A stretch of 64,000 bases of DNA from an uncultured Actinomycetes bacterium (GTDB taxonomy: Bacteria; Actinomycetota; Thermoleophilia; Gaiellales; JAICJC01), in the NCBI GenBank assembly GCA_963708365.1, contig CAVPSM010000011.1:141744-205743 (forward strand), given 5' to 3'. Within the stretch, counting starts at the first letter, position 1. Each line of letters begins with the position of its first letter. Below, in pieces: positions 45,216 to 52,875 of this stretch. Position numbers and translations under genes: made by a program. Under the pieces are notes generated by a model. That model was not told the DNA's origin. It searched no databases and saw nothing but the letters and a program-made list of their open reading frames with translations.

Positions 45216-46176
45216 GGCAGGCTCCTTTCGTGCGTCTGGGGTCGGCCCGTGAGGGCCAGGAACACGTCGTCGAGCTCCGGCGTCTGGACGGAGAGCTCGG
45301 CGACCTCGATCGCCTCGGCGTCGAGCCGGTCGAGCAGCGCCCGCAGGCTGCGGACGCCGCCGTCGCTCGGCACCTGGAGCGTCAGGGCGTCGTCGTTGCG
45401 ATCGGCGCCGTCAAGCACGCTCGCGGCGCGCGCGAGCGCAGGCGCGTCGGGGAACTGCAGCCTGATCGAGCCGCCGGGGACGAGCCGCTTGAGCTCCTCC
45501 GGCGTCCCTTCGGCCACGATCCGGCCGTGGTCGAGCACGGCGATCCGATCGGCCAGCTGGTCGGCCTCCTCGAGGTACTGCGTCGTCGAGGAAGACCGTC
45601 ACGCCGCCGGCGACGAGGTCGCGGATGATCTGCCACAGGTCGCGACGGCCGCGCGGGTCGAGGCCGGCGGTGGGCTCGTCCAGGAAGATGACGCGCGGGC
45701 CGCCGACCAGGGTCATCGCCAGGTCGAGCCGCCGCCGCATCCCGCCGGAGTAGCTCGCCGCCGGCTTGCGGGCCGCCTCGACGAGGTCGAAGCGCTCGAG
45801 CAGCTCGGCGGCCAGCCGCCGGCCCTCGCTGCGGCCGAGGTGGCGCAGGTCGGCCATCAGGATCAGGTTCTCCTCGCCCGTGAGCAGGCCGTCAACGGCC
45901 GCGAACTGGCCGGTCACGCCGATCACACGGCGGGCCGCATCGGCGTCGCGCCGCAGGTCGAAGCCGGCGACCGAGATGTCGCCTGCGTCGGCGGGGAGCA
46001 GCGTCGAGAGGATCTGCACGGTCGTCGTCTTGCCCGCGCCGTTCGGGCCGAGCAGGGAGAAGACGGTGCCCTCGGCGATGTCCAGGTCGATCCCGTCGAG
46101 GACGACCTTGTCGCCGAACGCCTTGCGAAGCCCCACGGCCTTGACCGCGGAGCGGGTTTGTGAGTGTGGTGGTCAT
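45212..46176 (-). pseudogene. ABC transporter ATPase (DrrA-like) with at least 2 frame disruptions
   Basis: Walker A (GPNGAGKTT), the signature (YSGGMRRRL) and Walker B (VIFLDEPTAGLD) lie in one frame. After ...GVTVFL the sequence continues (TTQYLEEADQLADRIAVLDHGRIVAEG) in another frame. The ATG with an SD at 46176 is out of frame with AVKAVGLRKAFG. Confidence 0.75.
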
Positions 46177-46196
46177 GGTGCGTGTCCTTCCATGTG

Positions 46197-47062
46197 TCAT
46201 GCCGCCGGGGCGCGGCGGATGCTGATGTCGCCGTAGGAGGTGCGGGCGCGCACCTCGACGGTCTCCTCGCCCGCATCGGGGCGCTCGCGAGTCGGCCAGG
46301 TCGTTGTTCACCCGGCCGAAGCCCGTGTCGAGGTCGAGCCAGGCCGCGACGCCCGTCGCGGATCCCGACGTCGATCTTGCCGGCGGCGGTCTCGGGCCAC
46401 GACGGCGCCCGGAGCGACCTCGCCGAGGCGGATGTCGCCGTTGGCGGTCTTGACCGTCACGGTGGCGCCGGCCTGGTCGACCGAGATGCTGCCGTTGGCC
46501 GCCTTCACGCGCAGGTCGCCGTCCACGTGGCCGACCCACGTCTCGCGGTTCGAGTTCTTGATGACGGCCGAGCCGTCGACCGCGGCGATGCGAACCACGC
46601 CGGTGCCGGTCGAGGCGGTCAGGTCGCCGGCGGCATGGCCGACGCTGACGTCGCCCGCGCCGGTGCGGATCGAGACCGACCCGGCTCGTCGACGTCGATG
46701 TCGCCCGCCCCGGTCTTGAACCGGAACGCGCCGAGCTCGCCCGTGGAGCGCAGGGCGGCGACCCCGACATCGCCCTGGATCTCCGATCCGGTCGGGCAGC
46801 GAGATGCGCACGTCGATCGACTCGCGTCCGCCTCCGCGGCGTCCACTGCCGCCATCCGCGCGGTCCGCGGATCACGAGCCGGTCGCCGGCGAGCTCGACG
46901 CGGGTCTGCTCGGCGGCGGTGACGTCGCCGGGCTTGCCCGGATCGCTGGGGAGCACCTCGACGACGGTGTCGGTGCGCTCGGAGGCGTCGATGCGTGATG
47001 TCGCCGACGCCGAGCTCGACGTCGACGGTGATGGGCTTGGGTGTCTCGAACGTGGGCATCAT
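46197..47062 (-). pseudogene. DUF4097-like beta-strand-repeat protein with about 7 frame disruptions
   Basis: Eight sensible segments alternate among three frames, running from MMPTFETPKPITVDVELGVGDIT to DAGEETVEVRARTSYGDISIRRAPAA. The last junction lies in a CCCC run. Confidence 0.65.
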
Positions 47063-47094
47063 GGGTGTCCTTCTGGGGTGGTGGTGGTGTCGGG

Positions 47095-47590
47095 TCAGCG
47101 TGCCCAGCCGGTGTGGCGCTGGGAGGCCTGCGGCGCGCGGCGCTCGGGCGGTCGCGCTCGGTGTCGGAGCGCCCGAGGGCGGCGGCGGCGGCCCGGACGA
47201 GCCAGGCGTTCACCGACAGGCCCTCCTGCCGCGCCGCGCGCTCGATCGACGGCTTGAGCCGATCGGGCATGCGCACGTTGATGCGCCACAGCGCGCCGTC
47301 GTCGTCCTCGGGTGCGACGGGCGGAACGGCGGGCTCGGAGCGCTGCTCGGCGACGGGCTCGCCGGGCGGCGGCGTGACGACGAACTCGGGGTCACGACCG
47401 CGCAGGCGCAGCTCGACCGAGCCCGGGGCGAGCTCCACCGTGATCTCCTCGGCGGCAGCCGAGAGGACGTGCTGGAAGTTCAGGAGCAGGGCGGCCTCGA
47501 GCGGGGCGACGAGCCGCTCGGCGACGGCGCGGGCCTCCTCACCCCCGGCCTCGGCGGCCAGGAGCAGGTGGCGGCGGACGTCCTCGACAT
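47095..47590 (-). pseudogene. HicB-like/ribbon-helix-helix-type protein that usually precedes DUF4097 genes; frameshifted
   Basis: ...LWRINVRMPDRLKPSIERAARQEGLSVNAWLVRAAAAAL lies in one frame. The typical end ...RRAPQASQRHTGWAR lies in another. The only ATG (47590) is out of frame with EDVRRHLLLAAEAGG. Confidence 0.5.
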
Positions 47591-47803
47591 ATGGATTGCA
47601 GGTTCATGGCATCATTATGGCACATTGCTGATGCCAATGCAAGGCCATCGATGTGCCACGACCCGACCGGCCGTTGTGCCGGCCCGAAAAAGGTGATCTG
47701 GCTTTCCGCGTTCTCGGCCACCTGAGAACTAGAGTCGACGCCGTTCGAGCGGCCAGCGGAGACCCTCCCGGCCGACGCCTGGCCGCCCTCCACAACGAGA
47801 GGG

Positions 47804-49546
47804 GTGGTGGAGATGGGCTTGCCGTGGATCGGTCGGGCCGCCGGGGTGCGTCGTGGGGCGGTGGTGGCTTGTGCGGCTGTGGCCGCGTCGGTTCTGCTCG
47901 CAGGGGCCGCGAGCGCGCACACGCATCACGCCCGGCGGGGGTGGGTCAAGCCGGGGAGCGCCGGCGCGCTCGACTGCAACGGGATGAGCCCGATCCAGTC
48001 GACGATCGAGTCGGCCAAGGCCTGCACCGACATCCGTGGGATCCTGAACAGCACGAGCCCGTACATGGACGACGGCCACTTCTACGACAACGGCCGCTAC
48101 ATCGGCCACGACGAGCCGGACACGCGGTTCCTCTCCGGCATCCACGGGTCCGGCAACAACATCGTCTTCCGCGAGACGCTGGGCCGCGATCCGAAGGGCC
48201 GCCCCACGGTGCGGGTTCCTGGGCGTGACCGCACCCACTGGGTCGAGCTGTCATCGGCGCCGTGGTTCTCGATGGCGCTCTGCAACCAGTTCTCCTACCC
48301 GCTCGTGCCCTGCAAGCCGATGAGCGACGCCAACGCGCCGGGAACGGTGAATGCACCGGTGCCGCCGGGCGTGTTCCCGGGCGGGGGCAGCTCGTTCCTC
48401 GAGATGCAGTTCTACGCGCCGGGGATGGCCCCGTTCATCGACAACATCAGCTGCAACAACCGGGCCTGGTGCGCGTCTCTGCACATCAACGATCTCGAGT
48501 GCACGACGAACTTCGCGAGTTGCAACACAAACTGCGAGGAGCCCACGAACTTCGCGTTCATCCAGACGAACGGCGTCCCGACCGGGCCGCCGAGCCCGCA
48601 GCTCGCGAACACCGCGACGAACGCGCCCAACGGGCACACGCTGATGATGCATTCCGGCGATCGCCTCGTCATCCACATCTGGGATGCCCCCGTGCCCGGC
48701 AATCCCGGGCAGAGGGCGCTGAAAACGTCGATCCACGACCTGACGACCGGCCAGTTCGGCTGGATGCAGGCGTCTGCCGCGAACGGGTTCATGGCGACGA
48801 ACATCAACGATTGCAGCGGGACGCCGTTCAACTACGAGCCCGAGTACGACACGTCGGCGCCGAAGAACATCGTGCCGTGGGCGGCCGACCAGGTCAACGT
48901 GAGCACGCAGTTCGAGATCGGCCACTTCGAGCCGTGCACGCGGGTCACCCAGCCGATCGACGTCACCACGATCCCGTTCCCCGGCCTGGCCGGGTTCCCG
49001 GACACGACCTGGAACCGCTGCCACGGCCCGTATGAGAACTCCGCTCCCCCGGGCGCGGAGAGCACGGAGCCAGGGGACGCGTTCTGCTATCCACGCGGCG
49101 ATACCCACCGCGGACGGGTGGCGCCGAACGTCGTCACCGGGTGTGTGGACGACGTGTTCCAGAACGGCGATCTCGACTTCGACGGGACGTCCTACTGGGC
49201 CAACTGGCCGACGTCGACGACGCCGAACCGGTTCCCGTCGACGTTCCTGCAGCAGTTCCCGACCACGCAGGGCCGCGACTACGGCGCGTTCCAGATCCAG
49301 ACGGACGCGGCGCTCAGCGAGGCCAGCTGCAGCTTCCCGAATCCGTCCGGGTGCACGGTGCCGCCGCCGGCGGCGCCGGGCAAGTTCTACCCGTACTGGA
49401 CACTGACGAAGTCCTGTGTCTGGGAGTTCGGGAACATGGCCAACGGCAACACGTTCGGAAAGCAGGCTCAGTACGGGTCGATCGACCCGCAGCTGGGATA
49501 CGCCCAGCTGCTCGGGCCGATCATGCCGAATCGCTGCGCCACATGA
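47804..49546 (+). CDS. secreted Cys-rich protein of unknown function (580 aa)
   Basis: It is an intact ORF with a signal (possibly Tat) peptide, GVRRGAVVACAAVAASVLLAGAASA. It has about 20 Cys and motifs YIGHDEPDTRF and FLEMQFYAPG. I recognise no family. GC is lower than in the neighbours. Confidence 0.75.
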   Translation: MVEMGLPWIGRAAGVRRGAVVACAAVAASVLLAGAASAHTHHARRGWVKPGSAGALDCNGMSPIQSTIESAKACTDIRGILNSTSPYMDDGHFYDNGRYIGHDEPDTRFLSGIHGSGNNIVFRETLGRDPKGRPTVRVPGRDRTHWVELSSAPWFSMALCNQFSYPLVPCKPMSDANAPGTVNAPVPPGVFPGGGSSFLEMQFYAPGMAPFIDNISCNNRAWCASLHINDLECTTNFASCNTNCEEPTNFAFIQTNGVPTGPPSPQLANTATNAPNGHTLMMHSGDRLVIHIWDAPVPGNPGQRALKTSIHDLTTGQFGWMQASAANGFMATNINDCSGTPFNYEPEYDTSAPKNIVPWAADQVNVSTQFEIGHFEPCTRVTQPIDVTTIPFPGLAGFPDTTWNRCHGPYENSAPPGAESTEPGDAFCYPRGDTHRGRVAPNVVTGCVDDVFQNGDLDFDGTSYWANWPTSTTPNRFPSTFLQQFPTTQGRDYGAFQIQTDAALSEASCSFPNPSGCTVPPPAAPGKFYPYWTLTKSCVWEFGNMANGNTFGKQAQYGSIDPQLGYAQLLGPIMPNRCAT

Positions 49547-49562
49547 CCGCGTGAGGTGAGAC

Positions 49563-49592
49563 GGCGGCCGCGGACAGCAGCCCGCGGCCGCC
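49563..49592 (+). terminator. intrinsic-terminator-like hairpin
   Basis: Perfect 11-bp stem GGCGGCCGCGG / CCGCGGCCGCC with an 8-nt loop, 17 nt after the stop. Confidence 0.65.
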
Positions 49593-49625
49593 GCTCTCGC
49601 GACCTTCGGGGACCCGCTTCATCTC

Positions 49626-50207
49626 ATGTGGACGAGCGTCCGGCTCCCGCGAGCGCCGAGGATCGGCCACATGGAGGCGGGGCGCGAGAACGAGCGCAGC
49701 TCGACCGTCCGGCGCGAGGTCGAGCGTCTCGCATTGGGCGAGGGACGCGAGGTGGCGGCGACGCTCTACGGCACGGTGATCGTGATGGCGACGCTCACCG
49801 ACGCCTACGCGAGCGAGAAGCACCCGCTCAAGCTCGCGCTCATCGTGCTCTCGACCTCGCTCGTGATCTGGGTCGCCCACCTCCACGCCGAGGCGCTCGC
49901 CGTGTCCATGGCCGAGGGCCGCCGGCTGACATGGGCCGACACGCGCCACGTGGCCCGGCACGAGCTCGGCATCCTGCTGGCAGCCGCACCCCCGGCCCTG
50001 GCGCTCGTGCTCGGCGCCGCGGGTATCGCGGACGAGACCACCGCGGTATGGCTTGCGCTCGGACTGGGCGTCGCGACGCTCCTCGCGGAGGGGATCCGCT
50101 ACGCGCGGCTGGAGCGGCTCGGCCTCGCCCAGGCGCTGATGCCGATCAGCGTGAACGTGGCGCTCGGGCTCGTCATCGTGGCCCTCAAGGTCGCCTTCGA
50201 CCACTGA
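49626..50207 (+). CDS. integral membrane protein, unknown function
   Basis: ORF-track 193 aa with about 4 TM segments. The start may instead be Met16 (49671). Confidence 0.6.
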   Translation: MWTSVRLPRAPRIGHMEAGRENERSSTVRREVERLALGEGREVAATLYGTVIVMATLTDAYASEKHPLKLALIVLSTSLVIWVAHLHAEALAVSMAEGRRLTWADTRHVARHELGILLAAAPPALALVLGAAGIADETTAVWLALGLGVATLLAEGIRYARLERLGLAQALMPISVNVALGLVIVALKVAFDH

Positions 50208-50211
50208 CCGT

Positions 50212-50985
50212 CTACGCGCCGGCCGCGTCCCGGAGCAGCGGTAGCGCCGCGGCGACGACCTCGTCGGGCCGCAGAAACGCGCCGACGTGGCCACATCCGG
50301 GGACGTATTCGCTGCGGCCGTCGGGCAGGCGCGACGCCATCGCGTCCTGGGTGCCGTCCGGGTCCTCGTCGGAGCCGGCGAGCAGGAGCACCGGGGTGGA
50401 GATCTCGGACAGCTCTGACCAGGGTCGGCGATGCCCGCCCCGGCGTGCATCATCAAGCCGAACTGCTCGGCCACGGTGTCGAGGAACTCGGCGCGCAGCG
50501 CGTCCGGGAGCGTGATCCCCTCCTCCTGCTCGATGGCCTCGACCAGATCGGCCATGCCGATATCTGTGAGCGCCTGCGCGGGGGAGGCGCCCGGGTCCGG
50601 CATCCGGCGGGTCGTAGACGGCTCCGAGCGCGACGAGCCCAAGCATCCGTGCGTCACACGCCGCCAACCGCAGCCCGACCGCGCCGCCAAAGGAGTACCC
50701 GACGAAGGCGTAGCGCTCGAGCCCGGCGGCCTCGGCGAGACCCCGTGAGTCCGCGACGTACTCCTCGATGCGATGGGCGCAGACCGCTGCCGGCCGATCG
50801 CTTTGGCCATGACCTCTGTGATCGAACAGCAGTATCCGGAACCCGGCGAGTCGCTCCACGTAGCCGCCGCGCTCCCACATCGATCCCGCGCCGACGCCTC
50901 CCGTGTGCAGGATCGCCGGAAACCCGTCGGCGGCTCCGTGCTCGGACCAGTGCAGCCGCACCCCATCGCGTGTGAAGCTCGGCAT
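50212..50985 (-). pseudogene. alpha/beta hydrolase carrying a compensated pair of frameshifts
   Basis: The ORF stays open. Its central ~60 aa are Arg/Gly gibberish (RLPRAGAHRYRHGRSGRGH...). The alternative frame reads ASPAQALTDIGMADLVEAIEQEEGITLPDALRAEFLDTVAEQFGL. The first junction is a GGG run (plus-strand CCC at 50590-50592). Confidence 0.65.
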
Positions 50986-51066
50986 CGGCCGATCATACGA
51001 CGACGCGCCGGCCCGCTCACAGCAAGCTCACAGCGGGCGCTTAGGCCGATTTCACGCTGCTCGCCG

Positions 51067-51387
51067 ATGCTTTCGGACATGACGGAGAATCCGATCCCGG
51101 CCGCCCGCCCCACTCGCAGCTCCCTGGAGCGGCGCCTGGCGCTGCTCAAGCGGGCGGTGATCGTGGTCGCCGTCGGGTCGTTCGCGGCGGTCGCGTCGCT
51201 CGCCGCCGAGCGTTCGGCGGCGCACGGGGCGACCACGCCGACGACGCGGCAATCGAACCAAGGGAACGAGTTCCAGAGCGGGCAGGACTACTTCGGCTAC
51301 TCGCCGAGCGGCGACGACTCGGGGTCGGCCGGATCGCTCGGATCCGGGAACGGAACGCTCCCGTCGGCGGGATCGCATGCGTCGTAG
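51067..51387 (+). CDS. small membrane-anchored Ser/Gly-rich protein
   Basis: ORF 50773..51387 trimmed to Met99. The TM segment is AVIVVAVGSFAAVASLAA, followed by a low-complexity tail. The gene overlaps the ApbE start. Confidence 0.5.
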   Translation: MLSDMTENPIPAARPTRSSLERRLALLKRAVIVVAVGSFAAVASLAAERSAAHGATTPTTRQSNQGNEFQSGQDYFGYSPSGDDSGSAGSLGSGNGTLPSAGSHAS

Positions 51388-52303
51388 CTGGGTGACGCCC
51401 GCCGGGACTGTCACCGCCACCTTCACGGCGATGGGCTGCGAGGTGCTCGTGATCCTGCCGGCCCGGTGCGCCGCCCGCACCGAGACGGTCTCGGCGCTCT
51501 TCGCCGACTGGGAGGCGCGTTTGAGCCGCTTCCGCGCCGACAGCGACCTGAGCCGGCTGAATGCGGCCGCCGGCCGGCCCACATGGGTGCGGGAGCCGCT
51601 CCTGAGCGTCCTTCGCCGGGCGCTCCGCGCCGCCCAGGCGACCGGCGGCGTCTTCGACCCGACGCTCGCCCGCGAGCTCTCGGCGATCGGTTACGCCACC
51701 ACCTTCTCGGGGCTTCACGGCGACGTCGCGGAGCGGGCCGCCCCAGCGCGCGCGTCGACCTGGCGGGACGTGCGGATCGGGCCGGGCGGGCTCGTCGCCC
51801 TCCCCGCAGACCTGTCCGTCGATCTGGGCGGGATCGCCAAGGGCATGGCCGTCGACGCGGCGCTGGCCGCGCTCCGGGCCGAGGGTGTGCCCTTCGCGCT
51901 CGTCTCCGCCGGAGGCGACCTGGCCGTGCTCGGGCCGATGTCGGCCGGCCGCCCCTGGCCCGTCGCAGCAGAGGCGGCCGACGGCGAGGTCGTGCTCTCG
52001 CTCACAACGGGCGCGCTTGCGACCTCGAGCACCGAGCGGCGCAGCTGGCAGACCGCCCGCGGCCCGATGCACCACCTGATCGATCCGCGCACCCGTCGGC
52101 CGGCCGCCGGCGACCTCGTCCGCGTCTCCGTCCACGCGCCGACCTGCGAGGCGGCCGAGGTGGCCGCGAAGACGGCGCTCATCCTGGGACCCGACCAGGG
52201 CGCCGCGTTCCTCGAGCGCAACCGCCTCACCGGACTGCTCAACACCGCGGCGGAATCCATCCGTGTCGGCGCCTGGCCCGCGCAGACGGCGGGCGCTGCG
52301 TGA
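51377..52303 (+). CDS. apbE: FAD:protein FMN transferase (ApbE family)
   Basis: Motifs present: AMGCEVLV, SRFRADSDLSRLN, GGVFDPT, VDLGGIAKGMAVD, VSAGGDLAV. Confidence 0.85.
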   Translation: MRRSWVTPAGTVTATFTAMGCEVLVILPARCAARTETVSALFADWEARLSRFRADSDLSRLNAAAGRPTWVREPLLSVLRRALRAAQATGGVFDPTLARELSAIGYATTFSGLHGDVAERAAPARASTWRDVRIGPGGLVALPADLSVDLGGIAKGMAVDAALAALRAEGVPFALVSAGGDLAVLGPMSAGRPWPVAAEAADGEVVLSLTTGALATSSTERRSWQTARGPMHHLIDPRTRRPAAGDLVRVSVHAPTCEAAEVAAKTALILGPDQGAAFLERNRLTGLLNTAAESIRVGAWPAQTAGAA

Positions 52304-52860
52304 GCGCGTCACACGTCGCGTGGTACACGGTGCGCGCGAGCGGCTACACCGCGCTCGTGCTGCTCACGCTCTCGATGGCGCTCGGGCTGCTGCTCAGTCT
52401 CAACGTGCGGTCGGCGCGCTGGCCTCGCTTCCTGACGAACGACCTGCACGCCTTCACAACCCTCGTCGCACTCGTCTTCATCGCCGTCCACATGGTGGCG
52501 ACCGTGCTCGACCCGTACATGCATTTCGGCTTCACCGGCGCCCTCGTCCCGTTCGCGAGCGGCTACCGGACGCTGGGAATGGCGGCCGGGATCGTCGCCG
52601 CGTACCTGATGCTCGCCGTATGGATCTCGTCGCGGCTGCAGCGGAAGATCGGCTGGCGGACGTGGCGGGCGCTGCACTACGCGGTATTCGCGATCTATGT
52701 CCTCTCGGTCGCGCACACGCTGATCACCGGCGAGGACGCGTCGAGTGCGTGGGGACGGTGGGTCATGGTTGCGAGCGTCGCCCTCGTCTCGGCGCTCACG
52801 GCGCTGCGCGCGCTGGGCGGCCGCGCGGTTCCGGCCAGGGCGGCCGAGCGCAGCACCTAG
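52300..52860 (+). CDS. ferric-reductase-like transmembrane-domain protein (MsrQ/YedZ-like, no NAD/FAD domain)
   Basis: The GTG overlaps the ApbE TGA (GTGA). It has about 6 TM segments with conserved His residues (FIAVHMVATV, YVLSVAHTLI). Confidence 0.75.
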   Translation: MSASHVAWYTVRASGYTALVLLTLSMALGLLLSLNVRSARWPRFLTNDLHAFTTLVALVFIAVHMVATVLDPYMHFGFTGALVPFASGYRTLGMAAGIVAAYLMLAVWISSRLQRKIGWRTWRALHYAVFAIYVLSVAHTLITGEDASSAWGRWVMVASVALVSALTALRALGGRAVPARAAERST

Positions 52861-52875
52861 CGCCTGAGGGTGGTC

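Noticed and set aside
46197-47590. HicB-like gene considered as part of a toxin-antitoxin pair
   Set aside because: No HicA-like or other toxin ORF is adjacent. This RHH/HicB-like protein is followed by a DUF4097-type gene and an ABC exporter, an arrangement I recall as a common non-TA operon.
47617-47637. TGGCAC...TTGC resembling a sigma-54 -24/-12 promoter
   Set aside because: The GG-to-GC spacing is about 8 nt instead of the required 10-nt gap. The lineage implied by the gene content generally lacks sigma-54.
49085-49100. RGD tripeptide (CYPRGDTH) in the 580-aa secreted protein
   Set aside because: A three-residue motif is expected by chance and has no supporting context.
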